Positions 11,658 through 28,888 of a stretch of DNA of 64,000 nucleotides are shown one piece after another; the stretch's first letter is position 1, and every line of letters starts with the position of its first letter. The translations under genes and the position numbers were made by a program. This stretch comes from Daphnia carinata. Its lineage: Eukaryota. The notes under the pieces were generated by a model. That model had not been told where the DNA came from, made no database searches, and saw only the letters and a list, made by a program, of their open reading frames with translations. The DNA is taken from NCBI RefSeq assembly GCF_022539665.2, contig NC_081331.1, forward strand, positions 10,230,001 to 10,294,000. The letters are read 5' to 3'.

Positions 11658-14600
11658 AGACTTTGGGTGTGGTGAGGAATGCGGCAATGAGGTCGGAAAG
11701 GTGAGTGATTATTACAATAATGACACGACGCGACCGAATAGGGCGACGAACGATGCGACTCCCTCGCGCGCTAGCACGGGACGGTATCTATCTCGTATGT
11801 GCGTGTAAAAGGATTTTTTTCTTTTTTCTTCTTTTTGTTTCTATTTCGTTTGGGTTTTAGGGCGGCTTCGGCACCTGTATACGCTCCATTTGATTGCCGA
11901 CTTTTTATACGACCACGGGCTATGAAACACTCTCGATGGCTCTGACAGCAGCAAAACAGGAAAAGGAAGGTTAAAAGAAAAAAAAAAAAAGGGACCGACT
12001 TCTCTTGGGGGAGGGTTTGAAATTTAGGTACTTGAATGTTGATTTTCTTAGTACCTTTAAAGAAAAAAAATGGCCTCGAGGTTTTTTTTTGTAGGGGAAA
12101 AAAAAATAAAAGAAAAACATAATCAACCATTGGTTTTTGTTCAAAAATAACGCAGTGGCTCATGTAAGGTGACAAAAGTATTGGCTGACGAAAGTATTGA
12201 AATGGGCGACTCGTTTATGCAAATATTACGCGCTGCCAAGTCGCTTACGTCAGCGAGAACACGGAACCAAAGCATTTGGGGAAAACATAAGTTTTGTCCG
12301 GGTTTTTACCATTTTCGTTAGTGTCGAAGAAAGTAAAATGAATTCGGTGTGAGGCGATGGACATCCTGGAAAGCCATTCAATTCACATTCAATCACTGCT
12401 ACAACCAGTTAGTCATCAATCCTTGACGGATACAACAAAAAAAGACTAAAAAAAAAAAAAAAAAGTACTACGAGAAAAAAAAACAAAAAAACATGTAAAT
12501 CTTAACAGGGTATACACGTATATACTGAATCGATTAGTGGTTATCCTCCCTCATGGTTTTTGCCTTGTCTGTACAGATACCTTTGATTGACTGCGGCTTT
12601 TTATTTTCTACGTTTCCTGTTCTTTTCTCAATCCTTGCTTTTTTTTTTTTCTTCGTCTGGTTGTTATTCTCTTACAGTCCGCAGTGTACCGTATCCCGTT
12701 ATGCAAATCAGATTGCATGTTGGTAAGCTGTTCTCTATACCTCTTTTCCTACCAAAAAAAAAAAAAAATAAACCATAGGCTACGAAACCCCAAGAAAACC
12801 ATTCCAAGCAAAAAAAAAAAAAAAAAAATTAAAATAAAAGTATTTACCGAGCTGGCAGTACAACATCAACAGCGAAAGTGATTCGAACGTCGCTCGTTCA
12901 TCACGAGAAAAAACATCAAAATATATTACTACTGCTATTTGTTAAATCTCAAGAAAATGTACAAGTAATAGAATTTTTCTTTAAAAAAAAAATATCCCTC
13001 AAAAACATTCATAAGAACTGTGTACGTTATGATGTATGCAATGTTTCATAAACACAAACTCGTTGGGTTTTTCTTTTTTTTTTATTTCAAGTGCTGCAAC
13101 TCTCCGAATACAAGAGATAGACGTATAGAGTAAATATAGCAATAGAAGCCTTCAAGTTACCACTAGCGTCTTTCTCAGTGGGTTGTGTTTTGGGTAAAGA
13201 CATCGGCTAGAAGATCACAATGTTGATGTGCCTCAAGAGCGAAGGACAATTTTCTTCGTGAAAAAAATGCGTAACAAAAAAGGGTCCACAACTATTACAA
13301 AAGCCCTAATCCTTTAATTTACGTTCGAACGTGTCACGCAACGTGTGTTGAATTTTAATTTATTACGTATTATGCTATAGAAATATTAGCCCTACCCCAT
13401 AGGATTGCGTCAAGAAGACTTAGAAGGGTAAAAAAAAAAAAAAAAAAGGAAATCCACCTAATTCTTACTGTATACTACAAACTGGTTTCTATAAAAGATA
13501 ATCGGCTTATCAATTTTTTTTTTTCGAAACTCACCTCACTCAAGAGGGGAAAAAAAAGCTGTTGAAAGTACATTTTCCCCCCATACATTTATTGATTCTA
13601 CGTAAGCAAAACTCGAACATAAGACTTAATATCCATAAGAATTGTTGGCTATGAAAAAAATGTAGACATTGTTCAGGGGGAATTGAATTCAAAATACAGT
13701 TAAGCAGTAGATAATTTAATGCCCTGAAGATACTCTATGTATGTAGCACGTGGTTAAAAAAAAGACCATCCGTAAACGAAGGGGACGTCGAGAGGAAACG
13801 AAGGCAGTTGAAAAATAGGGAGAAATAAAACCAATTATGAATAAGACAGGACAAGAGCAGTCTTGCGTAATAGACAAGGATGTAGACAAGTAGCACGCAC
13901 TTCTTTTCTTCAAAAAAACCAAAATTCGAGTTCATCCGGAGGTCACGACGCACGCTAAAGCACACGAGACGAGTATATATATATATATATAGATGACCGT
14001 TCATTATTTACCATTCTACGACATCCGGAGTGTGTGTGTGTTTGAGGGGGAGGCCGAGCTTTTGTGCGCTCACGTGCCCGCAAGTTGACCAAAAAAAAGA
14101 TTTTTACCGAAAGAAAAAGGAAAACAAATCGGCCAAGAAACGAAGGCGAACAGGAAACGAAATTAACCGAGAAATACGGGCCACTATGTCGGTTGAGATC
14201 GGCCAACAGAAAACCCTCCTTCTCTCGAAAAAAAAAAAAAAAAAAGGAAAAACTATGAAAAAGTAAACGTACAAGTAATGAAGCGATTCCGGTCCCGACC
14301 AAAGACAAATATAAATCAAAAGGTATTTTCAGGACGGCGAACGAAGTGAAAGACTTTGCATGAAAAAACTGTCAGCTAACCCGTACGACTCGTTCTACCA
14401 CATAGACCCCTTTTTAACACGACTTACTAACAAATAAAAATGGAGGGCGTATGTGATACAAGAAAATGATATTAGAAACCAATGAAACGTACCGGAATGA
14501 CGACACGAGGACCCAGTCTGGATGTCGTTGGTTCAACGCGCCGACAGTAGATTCGTTTCGTAGATTACGCCAACCGCCTTTCTACACTGCACTTTGAATG

Positions 14601-17600
14601 GGGAGCACTAACAAATGCGTGGATATCATTCAAGCGACTAATAACGACTACACAATGGCAAAAGTGTTTCGAAACTGAGCAAATATTGAACCTTTTTCTT
14701 CATTCCCTTCTGTCTGAAAAACCAGAGGTGAGGGTTTTGAAAAAAAAAAAAATTAAAAGAGTGGGGGCACGAAAGCGAAAGAAGAAAAAAAAAAAGGTGT
14801 TTCGACGGTCGATGATCGCACACCTTGATGCCTATCCGGCACGTCCGCCGAAGGCATCGTCTGTTTTGTCAAATACGTCGCTCTTCCTCTTCTCTTTTTT
14901 ACCTTTCGTTCTCCACTACTTTTCCTTTTCTTTTTTCTTTCACCTATTTACTTTACGTTTTTTTTTTTTATAAAGGAAGAGGAAGAGTCTATACTTTTGC
15001 TGTCTATGTGTTTCTTTTTTTTTTCAATAGATTCTCGGTCTGGTGAGCCGTAAAAATAGCAATTTCATAGGGCCCCCCCCCGACGGCTGGAAACAGGATT
15101 TATTGCTGCCTGTTTAACATCAATGCTTTAGAGCTACTGCCCACATTCCTCTCGTTCAACACTCAACAATCACACATGCGGTTAGCAAGCACAATGACCA
15201 CACTAATCTATCGATACATACACGTGAAAGTCGATTGATTTTTATGCCATCGAAACTTCTAAACATTAGTTCAGGGTAAAAAAAAAAAAAAAACATCGAT
15301 CTGGGACGGTTCCAATCTGATTGGATCGGGTTGAATAATTAATGATGACGAGAGTCGGATGTATTGATTGCGATAAACAGCTGGAGATGAAGGACAGATT
15401 TTCTATCCCTATTTTTTTCTGTTTAGCTTATTGTGGCGCTCCCTTGCGGGGGGAGACAAAGCGAAGGAAAAGGATTGTTTGATGCCAATGGACCTTCAGT
15501 CAAACTAATTGATTTCCTGACTCTGTTTATAGGAGCTCCGGCTGGCCGTGGAGTTAACCGCACGCCTTGAATCGACAGGAAGCACGCAGAGCCCATTCAG
15601 AATTTTTCTTCATTTTTTTTTTTTTTTTTTTTTCTCAAGATTTTTCTGTCCGTGTGTCCTGCCTCCTTTTCCCAACCTCGCCCAGTTCCGCCAATCACCG
15701 TAGCCTTTTAGCGCGGTAATCGATTTAGCCGTTTGATCCATGGAGAACACGACTGTGTAGTACGAAAGGAGACCGCGGAAGAGACGAATTTCTCGCTATA
15801 AATCACCATGAATTGAAGTGGCGCATTCAGATGTCAAGAGTCTGCTTATCATCATAAAAGGCCGCACTGTATTTATGAGCTGTTCCCAGTGCCAATAAAC
15901 AGATTGAACATTAAACGATAAGATAACACTAGAGCATAGATTGAGAAGAACTTCGCAGAATCTTGGGTCGCCAATTAGCGCGTTTGGCCTCAATATTGGC
16001 TAAAGCGTTCAAGGAGAACAACAATGCCTAGTTGAAATGGGATCGTTTCCTTACCAAAGATAATATTGCAGTTAAACGATAACTAAAAAAAAAAAGTACT
16101 CCGCCAGTTTGTTGTGGCTTAAATCCAGGTCAACATGTGCGTTTTTCATGTTGTGTAAACATTCAGCTTTACCGGAAGTCAATTGCAAATCGCATTAAAA
16201 AAAAAAAAACGGAATGCAATTTGAAATGAGCAGATATGAAGGTCGGTTGATGGCCGATGGTTAATGAACCGAGATCATTATGGGTTCTGGGTGGGTGATG
16301 ACGTATGCAAAATTATTCCTACAGACATTCGCGCAAAACAAAAAACAAAAGGGCACATCTGCTGAAAATGCGCTGTATAGATAGGAACGGATGGGAATAA
16401 CGGAGCGGAAATGCTGAGCGCGTATGCAAATAAGACGGAAAAAGACAATCAGATATACAGTGGGAAATAAACAACAAAAAAAAAAAAAAAGAGGGTTGGG
16501 TCTTCTATATGTGAGCTATTGTTGGCTTTCTGTTGAAGCCTTACATTATTCGTTTCCAATAGATTTTTTGTTTTGTTTTTTCCATTTTTTTTGTTTTGTT
16601 TTTGTTTCCCATCTGTTTTCTCTGTGGGAGCGTGCTGGAAAAATTGTTAGGATTTGACGCCCCTTCCATCGGCTTCCTCGGTCGCTTATCGCTCCGCTTT
16701 TTTTTTTTTTCTTTTTCACTGGAGAATATGAAACCTTTTATTGCGTTGAAAACAAAAAGCAAAACAACCCGAAATTCACGATACAGCTTGTTCCATTTTT
16801 TTTTTTTTTTTTTTTCCAGACTATGTAAAACTCGACGACGTCTGTCATTTGAGACGTACACAGAAACCAAATGACAGGGGGTCTACACTTCTGTGGCCAA
16901 CAGGGGAAACCAAAAAGGAATGAACGATTTTGACAAATTGTCATGTCCTATCGGAAATTAGGAATTGACTTTGAGTGGAGCAAGAGCTTCCTCGTGCAGC
17001 CGACCAGAAATGAGGAGGGGGGAGCGACGAATGGTGTGGGAGGAAGAAGAATATTATTTCTATCACCGAGCGGACGCACCACACCCATCGTCACGTGACC
17101 GGTAGATAAACTTGAAAATGACTCATCCAATTCGCGTACTACTACCAAGTGCTACGCCCTTTTTTTTTTTTAAATAAATTGTTTGAAATAAAGTTTTTTT
17201 TTTACGCTATCGAAAAAAAATATGTGGCAATGTTGATTACATGCGACATCGCCGGAATGCGGCCGTGGTATCGAAGGCCGCGGCACGCCAATCAAAAAAA
17301 TGCCGCCTGATCGTACACTATGTAACGTATATTGTACTGTTATAGATGCAAAAGGTTAAACAAGTGCGTCAGGGTCATTTCATGGTCGTTTTTCGACCTT
17401 TTATAAAGGTCATCCGAGTCTCTCGAAACGTTCGGTGCCCTTTTCTACATATCAGAATTTTCTAGCCAGCGGCTGTATGTTTTAAAATGCAGATAAAAAT
17501 GCAAGAACCAAAGGGGGAAAATGAACAAAAATAAAACAACAACAAATTTAATGAATATTAGCTTTGTTTGACTCTTGTTCCTGCTGTTGTTATTGCCAAT

Positions 17601-18635
17601 CTGGCCGGAAGAAGGGGCTCCCCCTTGTGTGTGTGTAAATCGATTATAACATCTTACGAACGAGAGATCCGTGTGCAGGAATAAATGCAGTGCCCCCAAA
17701 CACCCTTCGTTCTACTACCCTGGAAAACAAAAAAGAAAAACACTTGACGGAGTGCATCCCGCAGAGAGAGTGCACCTTATGGGCCGGATGAAAATGCACT
17801 TGCAGGTTAAAAGCAAGAAAGCGCACATAGGCACGTAAGGTCGATGCAGAAAAATCAAGGGGGAAAATCTTGTTTGGCGAAAAAAAAAAGAGGAAACAAC
17901 AACAAATACGGTTACAACTCGAGAGAAAGAGAGTCTCGGTTCATGATACCCTGCGACCTTTTGCTTTTTGCCGACAATCAATCCGCTCCCCCTCCCCAAA
18001 TATCTAACCCTCCCCCCTCACTTGCTTCTCAATCACTAACTAATAGGCCTTACAAGTTACACGTCCAATTTATTTACCTGTTTTTTCTTTTTCTTTTTGT
18101 CCTTCCGCCAGTAGGGAAAACACTAACACAAGTTTTAAAAAGAAAGAAAAAAAAAGAAAAAAAACTATACGACATGACGTGTAGATTCTGTAGAGAGGAG
18201 CGGACGTTAAGTGCTGCGCCGTACGAATGGGCACGCCGCTGCACCTGTTTTCATGCCATTAGCATCGCACTTTATTTATTTATTTTTTTCTTGCCGATAT
18301 TCGATAGTTTATATCGAAGAGAGGATTGGTTCGAAAGAGGAAAGTGGGGCCAAATCGATTTTGGCGTCGGTTTTAAATCGATTCCGGTTCCAGCAGCCGT
18401 TCCCTCCACATCCGCACACACGCATTTTGTGTCCTCATCTTGTTTTCGCTGGTTTGTAATGAAGTTTTTTTCTTTTTAAATTTTCTCCACTGCTAGAAGA
18501 ATAAAAAGGAAGGGAAAAAAAAAAATAGATACACAGAAGAGGCTGTATACCAGGAAGAAGGGAGGATAATAATCGTAAATGACTGACGATAAAAATTTCA
18601 TTATCTGTATTTACAATGCAAGAAAGAGATAAAAG

Positions 18636-18638
<3 letters not shown>

Positions 18639-18682
<44 letters not shown>
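18639..18682. repeat. (GA)22 microsatellite
   Basis: Directly visible. Confidence 0.95.
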
Positions 18683-18688
<6 letters not shown>

Positions 18689-20702
18689 CAGAAATAAATA
18701 AAAGAAGAAAGAGAACGAGATTGTGAGGATATCTTTTTTGCTCGTTTTCGTCTTTGGGCATTCACCCATTTTTAGTGACAAATTCTTTTTTTTTTTTTGT
18801 TTTGTTGAAATATATATCGGACCAGTTGTTTTTACTGTCGTCAATATTCTGCATGACAGTTTGCATGGATCTATAAATTTTTAGATTTGTTCAAAGTCAC
18901 GAGGGAGGGGGGAATCGGGAGGGACAAATCAAATACACTCACACATACACTCAAAACATTCAGACGTACGCACGAGGAGGAAAATGTGTTTCCAAAAATC
19001 AGGGCCCAAATAAATAAGAATGAAATCGATGAGGAAAAAAATTAGGATTCAATTAAAATAAAATAGAAATGAATATAGCTATACATTTAATTGTAGCCAT
19101 TTTTTTTAAATTTAAAACTTTAAATTTCAATTGCGATTGTATTTATATATAAAGGGCAGGACTGCCGGAGTCTACGGTCGTCACATTTTTTTATGTATAA
19201 ATCTTTATACAGCAATGTTTTTTATCATTGTTTTTTCTTCTCTCTTCTCCTTCACAATACCATTCATAGATGGCATCCACGAGCGAGACCCGATAAAGCG
19301 GCGGGGAATTTGAAAACTCTTAAATAAACCGAACCAATGAAGCAGCTTCTATTTAAATGAAAAAAAGGGTGGGGGGGAGTGCAAAAAGTACCATTTCAAA
19401 ATATAGAATAAGGGAAAACTACGGAACTTGACAAGAAAACGATCGATTGAAAAAGGCCGAACGCAGCGGGGAAACGAAATCGAACGATATGTACCTATCC
19501 AAATGTTTTGCGTCATTTTAGGCGGTTTACAAAGCCAACGACGAAAGTGCCGTGAAAAGAAGATCAAATCAAATAAGTAGAGAAAGAGAGGATTTCAATC
19601 AATAATGCGACTCCTTTGCAAAAATTGTTCAGAAAAAGGGAAAGCGGCTGCATTCAGAGAAGCTTCTGAAAAGCAAAAAGACGGACACTAGACTTGAAAA
19701 AAAAAAGGTTTGATTTTTGGTTGTTTCGAAATTGTTTGAATAATACAAATAGCGAGCACGACTGCACCAAAACATCTTCTGTTGCCAAAAATTATTTGTG
19801 GGGCAATTTCAAATGACTGTTGTGTTAGACGCATAAACGCAGATGCCAAAAATTCTCACTGCACATTCGCATTTTCGCGCTTGACTTTGTCAAGGCAAAC
19901 GAATTCAACTACACAATGTGTAGACACAACTAGTTCAATATTTCAAAGTCGAAAAATGGTCGATGACTTCCCTATCAACAAATACCATTGAAAAAAAAAA
20001 GATAATAATAATAATAATAATAATAGAAAATAAATCAAAGAAAAATGCAGGAAAAAGTTGGTCGCTGATCTAATGACTAGAGTTTCATCAAAGGATCAAA
20101 TCAAGGTGGGAGTGGTCAGTGTCGGTGTGTGGTGTGTAAGGCTGCGTACGTGAAAGACGTTTACACGGGATTAAGAAGAGGGAGAAGGGACGAACGGATA
20201 TCAATCAATTTAAAAAAAAAAACGGGGAAATGGCGACAAAATAAAGGAGGGAAACCCAAAATTCAACGCTTTTTTTCCCATCCCAAAACGCCGCACTATA
20301 AAATATGTTTTACGCCGACATAAAAAAAAAAATGCCGAGCGTCGGAAAACCAAAGCGGGAACGTCGACCGCACCAAATAAATACGAATATTTTGGGGGGA
20401 AAGAAAAAGAATTGAAGAAAATAATAACAACAATTATCTCATTGTTATTTGTATCTTTTGTGTTCGGTATATACTTGCTATGTTTTCCTCTTCGTTTTTC
20501 TTTTCACGAAATAAGTCAAGTGAGAATCCGTTCAGCACCAGACGACGAGAAAAAAAAAAAACGGAGAGACCTTTTTTTTTTTAAAATATAGATGCGGCGT
20601 TGCCATGGGATTCACTGAAGCGAGAGACCAATAGAAAAAAAAAAAGTTAGACGTAAGCACGTGAAAAAAAAAAAAATCGTTAAACTATTTTTTTTTTTTT
20701 TT

Positions 20703-25809
<5,107 letters not shown>

Positions 25810-26961
25810 CTACAAGGTACACACACAGAGAGAGAAAAAGATGAAAATGGCAAGGTTAGAAATTGAATTTTCATAAAATGGCATTCGAGGAAGGAAGACT
25901 ACCACATTCTATAAAAAAAAAAATCATCCGCCTATAAAAAGACCCGTCCTCTATGGACGTACTAATGGCCAATAAACATGTCTAGAAATCTAGATCAATG
26001 AATCACAAAGAAAAGAAACAGGAGAAAAAAGAAAAAGAACTATTAAAACGATTCAATTGAATGATTGCTACATCACGAGAAAAATGAAATCGATTTTCCA
26101 TTGTTTTTCAAATAGACCTGGTCGATAGAGGATTGAGGAATGAGGAGTAGTTCAGAGGAAAGAAGCAGGTTCGTCATCTAAACATCCATGTTGTGCTGTC
26201 CATCTTTTTTTCAAGTCAAGTTTCAAACACAATTCACTAACAAACGACGTCATCGAAGAACGAAAACAAAACAAAAAGCTTTAACTCTGGCGTTTGTTTT
26301 TTTACACCATCACGACATCACGACGTAGCACCAATAGGTAAATAATGTTCTATTATTTTTTTTTTTTCTTTTTTTTTTTTTTAAATTTCAATTTTGAACA
26401 ACTGATTCCGGAGAGGGAGGCGGGGTTTCAGTTCTTGAGCGAGAATTCAACAGCGCCCGACTGGCAGCTCTGGTGGCATACGACTAAACCCTACTGCAGC
26501 TCACGAACTCAACGTCTACACACGCGAGAAAGCAAAGAGAATCGAAACCGGGAGTCAGCACACACACACACACACATATACGTAGGAACAACGCGCACAC
26601 ACAAACAGAAGCACATACAAACAACAACCTTCCCCTCCACCACCAAAAAAAAAAAAAAAAAAAAAAGAGATAGAAAAGATATAGAAAAAATCAAAAGAGT
26701 AAATCTAGACAACAAGGCTATCGGTCTCCTGCGCCTGAGCAAATGGTATCCACCATGAACAAGTTCAAGCCAGTCAAACCCCCAGCTTTGCAACAAGCAA
26801 AATATATACGTACTGCGTTACTACTTTTTTTTTCTGGTATATATACAAAGGAAAAGAATATGTAGATACTGCGGGTAATGCATACAGCTTTATTTTCTGG
26901 GTGTGCAATTGTTTTATTTTTTTTTTTCTCGTTCTCTACTTGTGTCTCATCTTGTTCTTAC

Positions 26962-26982
26962 CAGCGGCGTGTACTTGGACAT
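26962..26982 (-). CDS. Ca-beta: Candidate short alternative first coding exon MSKYTPL
   Basis: ATG after an in-frame TGA; near-consensus phase-0 donor CTG|GTAAGA. Confidence 0.4.
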
Positions 26983-28849
26983 ATGTGACGGCTCTCACCA
27001 CCTCTGCAGCATCAGCCATCAAAGGAGAAAGGAAAGCACAGATGAAGAGATAAAAGAGAGACAGCATCACAGATAAGACACATATAAGAACACTACTCGT
27101 GAACATGGCAAACGATCGTCTCGCTCATACATTAGTCTCCGACCAAAAGATCTATTCTCCTTTTTTTCCCCCTACAAATGTTCCTTACCCTGACAACGTT
27201 TTCACTCTGTGCTAATGATCAGACTTGTGCGGCATCATCAGTGACTATAAGAAGGAAAATATAAAGTACACACAAATAATTTACATCTATCAAAATCAAG
27301 AAAGAGAAAAGGAGGAACAAACTAGTCGAGTTCTGTCCAATTAGCAAAGTCGGCCACTGGCGGCGACTAGCTGCACTGGGATTGAGAAGGAGAGAGGAAG
27401 ATTCAAGAGGTCCCGAACGAAAAACGAAAACAAAATTTAGAAATTGGGCTGGCAATGGAACGGTCAAACAGCTTGACAAGACTCGAGACAACTGTGACTC
27501 AATTTTCGTTACCACTCGCTGTCGCACGTATAGAGACATAAAGAAGGTATGGCTGTTTTGCTGGGAAAGGCGTAAATCTTGTTATACAAAAAGCCAATCG
27601 ATGCTGCTGAATGCATCCACCGGGGGGGAGGGGGATGTGGGGAGGTAGGCATTTTCTTGTCTTTTTTTTTCACCTATGCAAAACATTTTTCGACCCTTTG
27701 GTTTTTCTTCCGGCTCTGCTCAGACTCAACGCTCTTGGGGTTTCCAAACAAAAAAAAAAATAAAGCCGAATGACGTCAATAACTGAGGCTAGCGTTTATG
27801 CGCTGGCAAACAACGGCACGCGGGTCCAGCTGGGCCAACATTGCCTACAGGATTGAATGACGGAATCAATAGACTGAACGAGAGGGAGGTAGAGAAACCG
27901 CTCACGGGAAAAAAAAGGAGAGGGTAGTGGAAACGAAACAAAACAAAAAAAAAAAAACAATCCAATAAAAATCAAGTAAAGATAGCGACTTAGGAAAGAC
28001 TCCTCAACGACAACTCGAACGGAGTTGGGGAGGGGTTTGTCCGGATGTGTGTATTGCCTGTGCATGGCACAGGGCGCGATGGATGGGGATCGGGATTTGC
28101 AAGCCAAAGCTGATCGATACTCGATCGGCCACTTTGTCAACTGATGGCGGAACGCGCTCTGCTATACGTACTACCAGCAATTCCGACCATTCATCTTCTT
28201 TCGCCCTCCTTTTTTATTTTTTATTTTTTTTAGTTCGAACCTTCCGAGGTCGTTGTCGACTTTTTTTTTTTTTGCTCGCGTGAGTGAGCTGTTTTGCTCC
28301 CTTTCCTCATTTAGGTTTATTCTCTCTCTTCTTTTACTGGATTCTAGGCTTTGATCCAAGAAAGCTCAGCGAAAATATCAGGGAGAATAGGGGGGCACAA
28401 CGGGGAAAAAAGAAACTGAGTATAAAAACCATCAAAGAGACAGGCCTGGGTCGTTTCTTGGCCGATATGCCACAGATCAATCCAAGAGGTTCTCACCCAA
28501 TTCTGTCAAAGCTTCTCATCAGCACGAGACAAAAAAAAAGGAATTGCAGAGGAAGATGATGACACAAACAGTCAAGTTTTCCTTCATCTAGGGAATGAAC
28601 AAAGGCAGGAGGCCCTTGGCCAGAAGAAGCTTTCGTCTAAACAAGAGCAGGTGCAGAAGTTGATTCTGCTTGTTGTTTTGCAACAAATACACAGGGTGAG
28701 ATCCTGTTATGCTCCCAAATGAATCAAAACATACAAGTCTATGAGCTACTTTCAAGAGAAAGATAAAAAAAAGCATCAACAGTCCAGACGTACCTAAAAG
28801 CAAACAATGTGACATGAGCACGGGTGCAGCTAATGCATGTAGGTTATAC

Positions 28850-28888
28850 CTGAGTGAACAACTTATTGTAGCCCTGGTTGTATCCCAT
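28850..28888 (-). CDS. Ca-beta: Candidate short alternative first coding exon MGYNQGYNKLFTQ
   Basis: ATG after an in-frame TGA; phase-0 donor CAG|GTATAA; would give ...TQ-GSADS. Confidence 0.45.

Noticed and set aside
27189..27211. Strong donor AGG|GTAAGG with a possible 18-nt microexon SENVVR
   Set aside because: No polypyrimidine tract at the acceptor and no in-frame ATG; unsupported without RNA data.
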